Below are positions 47,911-59,793 of a stretch of 64,000 nt of DNA, in pieces. The translations under genes and the position numbers were made by a program. The notes below the pieces were generated by a model, which had not been told where the DNA came from, ran no database searches, and saw nothing but the letters and a program-made list of their open reading frames with translations. This DNA comes from Macrostomum lignano (taxonomy: Eukaryota), in assembly GCA_002269645.1 (NCBI GenBank), contig NIVC01001016.1:248001-312000 (forward strand), read 5' to 3'. The stretch's first letter is position 1. Every line of letters starts with the position of its first letter.

Positions 47911-50621
47911 ATGTCAAATGAGGGCGACTCTGTTCCAACTGAGCCAGCCGATAATAGCCAAGTAGACGACTGTGCTGGCGCTTCTTCTCTTCAAGTTCCT
48001 GCATCGATTCCTGTGCACCCTGACAGTCCCACAGCTGAGGTTGTTGGTTCGAATCTGTCACAATTAGCAATTAAACGTGCCTACGATGAGCTGGCTGAAA
48101 GTGAGGCTACCAGAGCTGTAGCTTTGACTGCTCTACGCGAACTGGTTACTAATGACGCTCAGTTGAGCTGTCGTACTGACAATGCCTTTCTTATTAAATT
48201 TCTGAGGCATAGAAAATTCAATGTAGAAAGGGCGCATCAGAAGATTCGAGCTTATTTGCAGGTAAGATATTAGGAAAAAGATTATTAATCTTGCTGGGAA
48301 GTCAATTATTCAATAATGTTAACGCCCAGTGACTCGGATAAAACCAATGTGATTCAGTGACAGTTCAGTGACTTAGGTAAAACCAAGGTGATTCAGTGAC
48401 AGCTCAGTGACTTAGGTAAAACCAAGGTGATTCAGTGACAGCTCAGTGACTCAGTGAAAACCAAGGTTATTCTGTGCCAGCTCAGTGACTCAGGTAAAAG
48501 AAAGGTTATTCAGTGACAGCTCAGTGACTCAGTGAAAACGAAGGTGACTCAGTGACAGCTCAGTGACTCGGGTAAAACAAAGGTTATTCAGTGACAGTTC
48601 AGTGACTCAGGTAAAACAAAGGTGACTCAGTGACAGCTCAGTGACTCAGGTAAAACGAAGTTGACTCAGTGACTCAGTGAAAACAAAGGTTATTCTGTAA
48701 CAGCTCAGTGACTCAGTGAAAACCAAGGTAATTCAGTGACAGCTCAGTGAATCTTTAAGGTGTTGGCCTATCGCTGTAATTAGTGACAATGTCCAGTTTA
48801 GTCTCGTCTGCTGCACCGTCCTGACCCCTTTTCTTGTCCATTATCTTGACCCCTGTCTGCCTTGTCCACTATCCTGACCCCTGTCTGTCTTGTCCACTAT
48901 CCTGACCCCTGTCTGTCTTGTCCACTATCTTGACCCTTGTCTGTCTTGTCAACTGTCCTGACCCCTGTCTGCCTTGTCCACTATCTTGACCGCTGTTTTG
49001 TCCACTATCCTGACCCCTGTCTGTCTTAACGATCTTGACCCCTTGTCTGTCTTGTCCACTATCCTGACCCTTGTCTGTCTTGTCCACTATCTTGACCCTG
49101 TCTTGTCCACTAACTTGACCCTGTCTTGTCCACTATCTTGACTCCTGTATTGATCCTAGTCCCCAACCGAATGTCTCCGCAACTACTGCAGCCATGCAAT
49201 TGTTTGACTAACAGGTACGCAACACCATGTCGGACGTGTTTGCTAACTTTAACCCCGGTGGAGTACGCGCGGTGTTAGAAGGCTATCCAAACTTGTTCTG
49301 CCTGCTTCCCGAGCGCGACTCCGAGGGCCGTCTGCTCGTAATGTGCCGCGTTGGGGCCTGGGATTGCGATGGTGTGTCTCGGACCGACCTGCTCAGAACT
49401 GTTGGCGTGCTTATGGAGGCCGCTCTTGAGGAGGAAGAGACTCAGGTAAGGTGCTAGATTTGGTGCCTAGACAACAGGGTGTTTGGATTTGGTGCCTAAA
49501 CAATAGGGTGTTTGGATTTGGTGCCTAAACAATAGGGTGTTTGGATTTGGTGTCCAGACAAGAGGGTGTCTGGATTTGGTGTCTAAACAAGACGGTGTCT
49601 GGATTTGGTGTCTAGACAAGACGGTGTTTGGATTTGGTGTCTAGACAAGACGGTGTTTGGATTTGGTGTCTAGACAAGACGGTGTCTGGATTTGGTGTCT
49701 AGACAAGACGGTGTTTGGATTTGGTGTCTAGACAAGACGGTGTCTGGATTTGGTGTCTAGACAAGAGGGTGCCTGGATTTGGTGTCTAGACAAGAGGTGC
49801 CTGGATTTGGTGTCTAAACAAGACGGTGTCTAGATTTGGTGTCTAGACAAGACGGTGTCTGGATTTGGTGTCTAGACAAGACGGTGTCTGGATTTGGTGT
49901 CTAGACAAGAGGGTGCCTGGATTTGGTGTCTAGACTAGAGGGTGCCTGGATTTGGTGTCTAGACAAGAGGGTTCCTGGATTTGGTGTCGAGAGGGTGCCT
50001 GGATTTGGTGTCGAGAGGGTGCCTGGATTTGGTGCCTAGAGAAGAGGGTGTCTGGATTGGTGTATACAGAGGAATAGAGGATTGTACTTTATATAAATTG
50101 TGTATTTAAAGGCTGAATAAATTGCTTGAACTTATCCGATGATGAAAAGAGGCTTGGCATTAAAAACAGCCTGTCTCTCCCCAATGCCTTAGGTAAACGG
50201 GGTGTCTGTAATCCTCGACCTGCATGGCCTGAGCTGGCATCAAATTCTCACTATGAAACGCGACTCCTACTTGAAGCGCCTAAAAGAAGTCGTGTCAAAA
50301 GCTTTGCCAGTTCGCGTCAAACAGATTCATCTAATGCGCGGCGGCCGAATATTCGACGTTGCTTTTAAAATTTTTAGCTTTCTATTGTCCGCCAAGATGC
50401 GGCAGCGAGTCCTGAATCACGGCTCCAGCGTGGCCAGTTTGCACAAAGCTATTGAGCCCAGACTGCTGCCTATTGAGCAGCCATTCTGCGGCACTATGGA
50501 CAGCCATACCGACGAATCGTTGCGCTTAAGACCGTTCAAAGAGGGCCGATTTGACCTGCTATCTGGCCGCTGGGACGCCTGGTTCGAAGCAAATAATAAG
50601 CAGAAGTTTTTGGAAAAATAG
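47911..50621 (+). CDS. CRAL-TRIO lipid-binding protein (clavesin/alpha-tocopherol transfer protein-like) paralogue 1, ~336 aa; exons 47911-48261, 49215-49445, 50193-50621
   Basis: CRAL-TRIO N motif RTDNAFLIKFLRHRKFNVERA and SEC14 domain motifs LPERDSEGRLLV...GAWD, EEETQ|VNGVSVILDLHGLSW, ALPVRVKQIH, LLP. Both introns are GT-AG phase 0. Confidence 0.9.
48325..49145. repeat. Two intronic minisatellites: 39-bp CAGTGACAGCTCAGTGACTCAGGTAAAACAAAGGTGATT (48325-48750) and ~29-bp CTGTCTGTCTTGTCCACTATCCTGACCCC (48820-49145)
   Basis: Tandem units in CRAL-TRIO paralogue 1 intron 1. Confidence 0.9.
49460..50060. repeat. Intronic minisatellite, 29-bp unit TGGATTTGGTGTCTAGACAAGACGGTGTC
   Basis: Tandem units in CRAL-TRIO paralogue 1 intron 2. 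Confidence 0.95.
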
Positions 50622-50919
50622 CTCACAGCTGTTTCCTTTTGATGCAACTATTGAACACATTCAACCAGAATCTTGTTGATATAAAAATTATTAATCTATT
50701 CTTTTAGTGGGATTTTTCTCTACATGTATTCTTTTTAACCGATTCCTTACCTTTATTTTTATCGGCTCAATATTTTATTTTTTGACGAGTTGGTGCCTTT
50801 GCGTGAGACTTAGGTTTAAGTATAATGCTTATTTATTGATTCGGAATCTGATAATTTTTGCTTAAAATGTTAAATAGGAATTTACTTTGGTTTTCGATGT
50901 ATCCACCCAATTTCAAAAA

Positions 50920-51400
50920 CCACCCATCCCAATTTACACTCGCTCTCGACCAGTCCGCAGCCACCCACCCCAATGTACACTCGCTCCCGACCAGCCAACA
51001 GCCACCCACCCCAATGATCAGTCGCTCCCGACCAGCCGACAGCCACCCACCCAATGTACACTCGCTCCCGACCAGCCGACAGCCACCCACCCCAATGTAC
51101 ACTCGCTCCCGACCAGCCGACAGCCACCCACCCCAATGTACACCCGCTGCCGACCAGCCCACAGCCACCCACCCATATTTTCACTCGCTCCCGACCAGCC
51201 AACAGCCACCCACCCCAATGATTAGTCGCTCCCGACCAGCCGACAGCCACCCACCCCAATGTACACTCGCTCCCAACCAGCCGACAGCCACCCACCCCAA
51301 TGTAGACTCGCTCACGAACAGCCCACAGCCACCCACCCCAATGTACACTCGCTCCCGACCAGCCCACAGCCACCCACCCCAATGTTCACTCGCTCCCGAC
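50920..51400. repeat. Minisatellite, 41-bp unit AATGTACACTCGCTCCCGACCAGCCGACAGCCACCCACCCC
   Basis: About 11 units downstream of paralogue 1. Same family as 55845-56305. Confidence 0.95.
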
Positions 51401-51884
51401 CAAAACAGTTGATATATTATTTTTTATAAACAGTGCTGAAACTGAGTGCCAATCAAAACCATTGGTGCCTTCCGTTATTTTTTGTTTTGTGATCAAATTT
51501 TACTAGATTGAATTTTGTAACCTTTTTGTTGTATACGAAGGTGCTCTATTGAATTACTTGTATTCAAATTTAAACATTTTGTCTTCTATACTATCAGTAC
51601 CAATTATTTGTTAATTTTGTCATTGCCTTGAAAGATCTTTAATAGGCTCATAATTAATGGCAGTAAAATGTAAGCTTATTTTAATTAAACATTGTTACGC
51701 CCACTGCCTTGTCAACTCCAGAAATGTTTAAGTTTTCCGGCAAAATTGCATCTCTGTAAACAGTTTTATGCTATTGCGTACTTATAAAACAATATAATGT
51801 TAAGGAGCTTTTTATTTATTCCTGTGAGACCATTTAATTTGTTTTAACTAAAACCGACTCGACTCCAATTTTACCTCGGTCTCC

Positions 51885-52380
51885 CGGCATTCCTACCCCC
51901 ACCGGCATTCCTTCCCCCACCAGCCCCACATTCCTACCCCCACCAACCCCACATTCCTACCCCCCACCAACCCCACATTCCTACCCCACCAACCCCACAT
52001 TCCTAGCCCCACCAACCCCACATTTCTACCCCCCACCAACCCCACATTCCTACCCCCACCAACCCCACATTTCTACCCCCAAGAGCCCCACATTCCTACC
52101 CCCACCAATCTCACATTCCTACCCCCACCAACCCCACATTCCTACCCCCACCAACCCCACATTCCTACCCCCCCACCAACCCTACATTCCTACCCCCCAC
52201 CAACCCCACATTCCTACCCCCACCAACCCCACATTCCTACCCCCACCAACCCCACATTCCTACCCCCACCAACCCCACATTTCTACCCCCCCACAAACCC
52301 CATTCCTACCCCCCACCAACCTCACATTCCTACCCCCCACCAACCCCACATTCCTAGTCCCCCACCAACCCCACATTCCT
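51885..52380. repeat. C-rich minisatellite, ~22-23-bp unit CCCCACCAACCCCACATTCCTA
   Basis: Tandem units ending ~60 bp before an acceptor (ccttacag|, 52440). Confidence 0.9.
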
Positions 52381-52529
52381 GTCCAACCAAACGATGCTAC
52401 TAAATATATGAATCGCATGAATTTTCATTGTGCCTTACAGTTTTTCAACCCAAATTTGATGCTATTCAGCACAGCAGTACTTAGATCGTGACACTTGCCA
52501 GACATCCAGCCAACCCACAATCTCAAACA

Positions 52530-54746
52530 ATGCTTTGCGTTGAACCAGTGTTGAACAGCGCGTCTAATTCCCCTGAGCCTCCGCCAGTGGGGTCGCGCCT
52601 GTCGCCGCTCGCTGCCCAGAGAGCCGCTCAAGAGCTTGGCGAGACCGACTCTACCCGGGGCCCGGCTTTAGCCGCCCTTCGCGATCTGGTTACTAAGGAC
52701 GTTCAATTGCGCGGATTTTGTCGAACGGACGATGCGTTTTTAATTAAATTTCTTCGACATAGAAAATTTAATGTCGAGAGCGCGCATCAAAGGATTAGGG
52801 CTTATTTGCAGGTTAGTGTTGAATATTATAAATTAGAATACAGTATCAGAGTTTTATAGTGAGGTTATAGCAGTTCACTGTTTTTCTGAAGTGGCCTTTT
52901 AGGTCAAGCTTCAGACTGAGCAGGGTTATTTAGAGTGCAGGTTTCAGTTTTTGATCCGCTGATGATGATAAGCGAGGCTCAATTGAGGTCACTGTCTCTC
53001 ATTAAAATCAACGAAGGTCCCGTCTATTTATGGAGTCAATAGGACCACTGTCACTTGATAAGGTCAATGGAGGTCTCTTTCACTAGATAAGGTCAATTGA
53101 GTTCTCTTTCACTAGATAAGGTCAATTGAGTTCTCTTTCACTAGATAAGGTCAATTGAGTTCTCTTTCACTAGATAAGGTCAATTGAGTTCTCTTTCACT
53201 AGATAAGGTCAATTGAGTTCTCTTTCACTAGATAAGGTCAATTGAGATAGCTTTTAATAAAGTCAATTAGATAAGATCGATTAAAGTAATTTTTCTTTTG
53301 ATAAAGCCCTATTAAGGCATTGAGTTTATAAGTATAGTCAACTTAGGTCATTTTGTACAAGTGAGGTCGATTGAGGTCACTGTCTATATGTGAGGTCAAT
53401 TGAGGTCACTGTCTATAGGTTAGGTCAATTAAGGTCACTTGTCTATATGTGAGGTCAATTGAAGTCACTGTCTATATGTGAGGTCAATTGAGGTCACTGT
53501 CTATATATGAGGTCAATTGAAGTCACTGTCTATATGTGAGGTCAATTAAGGTCACCCTTACTAGATAAGGTGAATTAAGGTTTATGTCACTAGATATATT
53601 CAATTGAGGTCTCTTTGACTAGATAAGGTCAATTATCTTGAGACCTCAATTATTCAGGTCTATGTCACTGGATAAGGTCACTTGAGGTCACTGTCACAGG
53701 ATAAGGTCAATTGAGGCCAACGTTTATAAGTTAGGTCAATTGAGGCCACTGTCTATAGGCCAGGTCAATTGAGGTCACTGTCTATATGTGAGGTCAATTG
53801 AGGTCACTGTCTATATGTGAGGTCAATTAAAGTCACTGTCCATAAGTTAGGTCAATTGAGGTCACTGTCTTATGGGTCCACTAAAGTGCATGATCTGTTA
53901 ATTGAGTTAATCGAATGAATCCCATTCCATTATTACCAAATTAACACCAACCTTAAAATTTGTGTGCCGCAGGTGCGCAACAGTTTCCCAGACGTATTCG
54001 CCAATTTCACTCCATCCGGTGTGCTGCCTCTGCTAGAAAGCGGCGTGGTCTCTCTGCTACCCGTTAGGGACATTGAAGGTCGCCGATTAGTATTGTACAG
54101 AGTCGGCCGCTGGGACTGCTCCAAATTCTCTAGCACAGAGCTAGTGAGAGCCAATGGCGTAGTGATTGAAGCTGCTCTACACGAGGAGGACACTCAGGTG
54201 AACGGCATTGCCGTATTGCTAGATCTGTCCGATTTGAGTCTGCGTCAGTTGCGCAAGCTCGACATGGACTATTTGAAGCGATTCCGAGCCGTGGTTAACA
54301 AAGCCCTGCCTGTTCGTGTTAAAGCGCTCAATATAATCAAAGGTGGCAAGTTTTTCAACGCCTCGTTTAAATTGGCCTCGGCCCTGATGTCCAAGAAACT
54401 GGTGGATCGGGTGCAGAATCACGGCGACAGCGTTACGGCGCTGCACAGTCGTGTCGACGCCAACCTGCTGCCTAAGGAGGCTCCGTTTAACGGCCAGATG
54501 GACTATAGCGTGCCCTATGAGCCGTTTGTTCAGCACATGCGCCGGCCAGAGCTTGAGGCTTGGTTCCGTTGGAACAATTGTCAACGATTGATGACAACAA
54601 CGACGACTGGAGCGCCAGCTGGCGACTCGGTTGCTAGTGGCGTTTTCGGCACGCCTAGAAGGCTAGGTTCGGCGCCCAAGCGACCGCCGCCTCCGGTGCC
54701 GGCCAGACCGGCCTCCGCTGGACCGTCCGGAGCCGTCATGAAGTGA
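52530..54746 (+). CDS. CRAL-TRIO lipid-binding protein paralogue 2, ~351 aa; exons 52530-52811, 53973-54746
   Basis: RTDDAFLIKFLRHRKFNVESAHQRIRAYLQ|VRNSFPDVF...LPVRDIEGRRLVLYRVGRWD...EEDTQVNGIAVLLDLSDLS...ALPVRVKALNII...LLPKE. One phase-0 GT-AG intron. Confidence 0.9.
53040..53870. repeat. Intronic minisatellite, 29-bp unit GAGGTCAATTGAGGTCACTGTCTATATGT (variant CTAGATAAGGTCAATTGAGTTCTCTTTCA)
   Basis: Tandem units in paralogue 2 intron 1. Confidence 0.9.
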
Positions 54747-54769
54747 GGGCAAAGGAAATAAGTTCATGG

Positions 54770-54960
54770 CTAAGGTCAAACTGAGGGTCAACTAAGGTCA
54801 TGCGCGTAATCAGATGGGGAGGTCAAATAAGGTCACGTTTGTAATCAGCCGGGAGAGGTCAAATAAGGTCACGTCTGTAGTAAAACGGTGGAAGGTCAAA
54901 TAAGGTCACGTCTGTAGTAAAACGGTGGAAGGTCAAATAAGGTCACGTCTGTAGTCAGAC
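54770..54960. repeat. Short ~36-bp tandem repeat with core AGGTCAAATAAGGTCACG
   Basis: About 5 units just after the paralogue 2 stop codon. Confidence 0.85.
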
Positions 54961-55844
54961 GGAGGTAAGATAAGGCTAATCTGCAGTCAAATGCGGCACA
55001 ATTCAGATTTTTGGTGGGTCCAGATTGGGATTAAAATTTAGAGTAAAAAATGTTGCTGTGCTGGGCTTAGGCTAAATGAACCTATTGAGCATATTTTTCA
55101 TTATTTCTACGGATAATACTTATAAAAATGTCTAAAACTACTGCTATAAATAGATACTAATAAGTAGCATCATGCGCAACAGTTGACACTATCAGAGCCG
55201 CTTCAGTGCGCCTTGAATATCAATGGTTTTACTTACTTTCTCTATGCCAGCTGTCGTGAGAGAAATTGTTTGCAAATTTGCAATTCTTTTGTATACTTTT
55301 ATCCTATATTTCTATATCCTGATGCACTGCAGCTATCATTTCTGACTGTCTGTGTACTGCTTATCTATATATTTAAATGTTGTTGATTTTGCTATCTTTG
55401 CATACTTAAAAGTATCTATTATGCTTTTTATATACTACTTAGATCCGTATTTTTACGATAGAGCTGCTATTGTTTTTAAATTACAGATAGTCCGCGCTAT
55501 CCGGCTGAACACTTGACATTTATTGTTATTTTTTAATGTCCTTATTTACGGAATTTCTCTTCGAGTCGGAATATTTTTTTCGTTTTCTGCTTTTATTGTT
55601 TAAAGAATTTTTCGATGTTTTATTTGCTGCTGCTGCGGAAAATGTAGGAAAACAACAGCTACTTAAAATGTATGGTAAAAATTTTAATTCTTTTTTGATT
55701 ATATCATTTTATGCTTGTCTGTGTGCATTCCGATGCTTTTTTATTTTTGCAATTAGATTTTTATTTACCCAGATAATGTGTTTCATTATCAATGTACATT
55801 TAATTTATGTCGAGTAGGCTGGTAAACACCTAAATAAATGTACA

Positions 55845-56305
55845 TTCACCACCGAGCAGCCCCCAGCCACCCTACCCAATGTACACTCGCTCCTGACCAG
55901 CCAACAGCCACCCACCCCAATGTACACTCGCTCCTGACCAGCCAACAGCCACCCACCCCAATGTACACTCGCTCCCGAACAGCCCGCAGCTACTCACCCC
56001 AATGTACACTCGCTCCCGAACAGCCCCCGGCCACCCACCCCAATGTAAACTCGCTCCCGAACAGCCCCCGGCCACCCACCCCAATGTAAACTCGCTCCCG
56101 AACAGCCCCCGGCCACCCACCCCAATGTACACTCGCTCCCGAACAGCCCCCGGCCACCCACCCCAATGTACACTCGCTCCCGAACAGCCCCCGGCCACCC
56201 ACCCCAATGTAAACTCGCTCCCGAACAGCCCCCGGCCACCCACCCCAATGTACACTCGCTCCCGAACAGCCCCCGGCCACCCACCCCAATGTACACTCGC
56301 TCCCA
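55845..56305. repeat. Minisatellite, 41-bp unit AATGTACACTCGCTCCCGAACAGCCCCCGGCCACCCACCCC
   Basis: About 11 units downstream of paralogue 2. Same family as 50920-51400. Confidence 0.95.
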
Positions 56306-57059
56306 ATTAATTAGGTGACTCACTTCAAATGTACACGAAATTCTTGGTAAAAAGTAGAGGAGTTCAATTAAACCTGTGCAAAGAAAAAAAGCTGCTAGTT
56401 TTACTCCAGAAAGATCTGATATTAATCGTTTTTCAAGCAAAAACTATTAACTTGCTTTTTCATGCTGTTTAGTGCACCATTAACCTGCCGGAAAATATCA
56501 ATAGTATTTTTGTGTCTCTTTCGTCCAATTCTATTTATACTAGTGCAGTCTCTCAAGCGCGTAGATTAATTTGATTTTCTATAAAAAAACTGTTGTCTAT
56601 TCGCTGTTATTTTATTCCTAGCTCATTGTGATTCTAATTTGTTTATATTTATGCCTGTAGGATTTAGCACCTTAACTTTAGTCATAAATTATTTACGCCT
56701 GCTTATCATATGCAATATTTCGATTTTGGCATCCACTTTTTTCAATTTTTTATAATTTAAAGTAGCGTCTGGATAATAAATAATTTCTTACTTACATTTA
56801 CTCTCACGAGCATAATCCTTGTAATTTATGTTAATATTCAGATTTTGCCTTTGTTTTCAATTTAGCGAAAAGGTTTTTCAATGTCTTTAGATTTCCTTAT
56901 AGTAGTAATTCCTTTTTAAGTAAAAAATGAAGTAAACTATTTAAATTTTCTTTTGAATATTCCACTTTCTCTGAAAATTTCGTCTTTGTTGTCATTTGCT
57001 CTTTACGGCACAAGTGCCAGTTGCATCATAGAATTTTGTTTTTTCCTAGATTTTAAAGT

Positions 57060-57600
57060 TGCCATTCTCACCTGTCCATCAACCTGTCAATCATCACCTG
57101 TCACTCAATCTATCAATCATCACCTGTCACTCAATCTATCAATTCTCACCTGTCACTCAATCTATCAATTCTCACCTGTCACTCAAATCTATCAATTCTC
57201 ATCTGTCACTCAAATCTATCAATTCTCATCTGTCACTCAAATCTATCAATTCTCACCTAGCTGTCACTCAAATCTATCAATTCTCATCTGTCACTCAAAT
57301 CTATCAATTCTCACCTGTCACTCAATCTATCAATCATCACCTGTCACTCAAATCTATCAATTCTCACCTAGCTGTCACTCAAATCTATCAATTCTCATCT
57401 GTCACTCAAATCTATCAATTCTCACCTGTCACTCAATCTATCAATCATCACCTGTCACTCAAATCTATCAATTCTCACCTGTCACTCAAATCTATCAATT
57501 CTCACCTGTCACTCACATCTATCCATTATTATCCGTCACTCAAATCAATTATCACCTGTCAATCAATCTATCCATTATCATCTGCCAATCAATTATTTAT
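57060..57600. repeat. Minisatellite, ~27-bp unit CTGTCACTCAAATCTATCAATTCTCAC
   Basis: Tandem units directly upstream of the MRPL48 ATG. They account for the N-terminal half of the 421-aa ORF. Confidence 0.9.
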
Positions 57601-57654
57601 TGTCATCATGCACTTTTATCAATCTGTTCATGCAAAGAATATCACAAGTATCCA

Positions 57655-58218
57655 ATGCCGTCATTAAGCAGATTGTCGACGACCCTGCTTAATTATTGCC
57701 GTTTTTCTCGGTTACCATGGCAACCGATTCGGTTACTATGCGACCAGCCAGCGCCTCGGTTGCCTCGAGTGTACGAGCCGGAATATCTGGACTACAAGCC
57801 CGACTATCCCGCAGCTAACCAATTCAATCTGTCATTCACCTGTCACGAGTACCCCGTATTGGAAAGATTCGTTAAATACGCTCACAGCCTGTTGCGCAAT
57901 CAGTTCAAATTGGGCCCAGACAACTGCAGACAGGTGCCCTATCCTCAGCGCAAAACTATTGTAGATTTATACCAGCCTGAGTCTACTAAAGTGCGCGACA
58001 CTTTTCAATTAATCACCTATCGTCGGGTATTAATCGTTGATAATTTGCCGGCAGTGGAAATGAGCCTATTAATTAACTTGCTGGCTCACAGCCTGCCCGA
58101 AGGTGTCAATTTGAAAATTGAACAGCCAAGCGAAGAGGATGACGAGTTCAGATTTGTGCCAGATTTAGAAGTTCAAGAGTTGAAGAAGCAAGTTGAGCTT
58201 GGGCGAAGTGGGAAGTAA
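57655..58218 (+). CDS. MRPL48: Mitochondrial ribosomal protein mL48, 187 aa, single coding exon
   Basis: Arg/Leu/Ser-rich mitochondrial presequence (MPSLSRLSTTLLNYCRFSRL). S10-like core HEYPVLERFVKYAHSLL...TYRRVLIVDNL...LAHSLPEGVNLKIEQPSEEDDEFRF resembles mL48. Confidence 0.87.
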   Translation: MPSLSRLSTTLLNYCRFSRLPWQPIRLLCDQPAPRLPRVYEPEYLDYKPDYPAANQFNLSFTCHEYPVLERFVKYAHSLLRNQFKLGPDNCRQVPYPQRKTIVDLYQPESTKVRDTFQLITYRRVLIVDNLPAVEMSLLINLLAHSLPEGVNLKIEQPSEEDDEFRFVPDLEVQELKKQVELGRSGK

Positions 58219-58334
58219 CTGTTTGTCCTATTAATTAGCATCGCATTGACTATGAGTCTGTTTGCATTGAAGTGCAGAAATCCAGTAATTAAATGCTTGG
58301 TATAAGCTTTATTAAAGCTCTCATTGAATAAGAG

Positions 58335-59260
58335 TAGCTAGCTAGATGAGTAGAGTAGACAGCTAGATGAATAGAGTAAACAGCTAGATGAGTAGAGTAG
58401 ACAGCTAGGTGAGTAAAGTAGACAGCTAGATGAGTACAGTGGACAGCTAGATGAGTACAGTAGACAGCTAGATGAGAAGAGTGGACAGCTAGATGAGTAG
58501 AGTAGACAGCTAGATGAGTAGAGTAGACAGCTAGATGAGTACAGTGGACAGCTAGATGAGTACAGTAGACAGCTAGATGAGAAGAGTGGACAGCTAGATG
58601 AGTAGAGTAGACAGCTAGATGAGTAGAGTAGACAGCTAGATGAGGAGAGTAGAAAGCTAGATGAGTAGAGTAGACAGCTAGGTGAGTAGAGTAGACAGCT
58701 AGATGAGTAGAGTAGACAGCTAGATGAGGAGAGTAGAAAGCTAGATGAGTAGAGTAGACAGCTAGATGAGTAGAGTAGACAGCTAGATGAGTACAGTGGA
58801 CAGCTAGATGAGTACAGTAGACAGCTAGATGAGTAGAGTAGACAGCTAGATGAGTAGAGTAGACAGCTAGATGAGGAGAGTAGAAAGCTAGATGAGTAGA
58901 GTAGACAGCTAGGTGAGTAGAGTAGACAGCTAGATGAGTACAGTGGACAGCTAGATGAGTACAGTAGACAGCTAGATGAAAAGAGTGGACAGCTAGGTGA
59001 GTAGAGTAGACAGCTAGATGAGTAGAGTAGACAGCTAGATGAGTACAGTGGATAGCTAGATGAGTACAGTAGACAGCTAGATGAGAAGAGTGGACAGCTA
59101 GATGAGTAGAGTAGACAGCTAGATGAGTAGAGTAGACAGCTAGATGAGGAGAGTAGAAAGCTAGATGAGTAGAGTAGACAGCTAGGTGGGAATAGTAGAC
59201 AGCTAGTTGAGTAGAGTAGATCGATAATAGATTGGTAGAGTAAACAGCTAGATGAGTAGA
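58335..59260. repeat. Minisatellite, 21-bp unit GCTAGATGAGTAGAGTAGACA
   Basis: Tandem units between the convergent MRPL48 and Ly6 3' ends. Confidence 0.95.
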
Positions 59261-59793
59261 TAAATAAGTAAAGCATGTCTAATTGTCTAATCCATGCTCA
59301 AAGATGGATTATGACATAAATTGTGTGCGAGTCTACTATTGAGCAGTAGTAGTAGTAATAGAAGTAAGTAGAAGTAAATTTGCAAGCATTTTATTGACAT
59401 TTTGTCGGTCTTGCGTGTTGCATATGTTAATAAGATAATAAGTATTAGTCACTAATTTTGTTTATTACTAAAATTCAATGAATTGTTCTTTTGTCATTCA
59501 AATACAACTTTCTAAAGGATTATTTAAACACACAAAATTTTGTCCTTTTTATTTTAGACTTTTTAATAATAACTGTCTTTAGCAGTACATTTTCTTGATA
59601 TGTCTATTTAAGTAGGATGTTTGTCAAAGATAGCTTACAATAAAATAATAATTTAGATTTTCATTTTTAATCTAAATCTTTATTAGAAAATTGTCTTATT
59701 TGCCACACTTCACACGTCAACTCGTAAGCTACAAAATGTTATTTTTCGATACATATCGTCTCTGCATCAAAAATAGTTCAATCGACAATCGTA

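Noticed and set aside
56953-57654. 421-aa ORF as one protein
   Set aside because: It starts at a TTG and the N-terminal part runs through a 27-bp array. Only the part from ATG 57655 resembles mL48.
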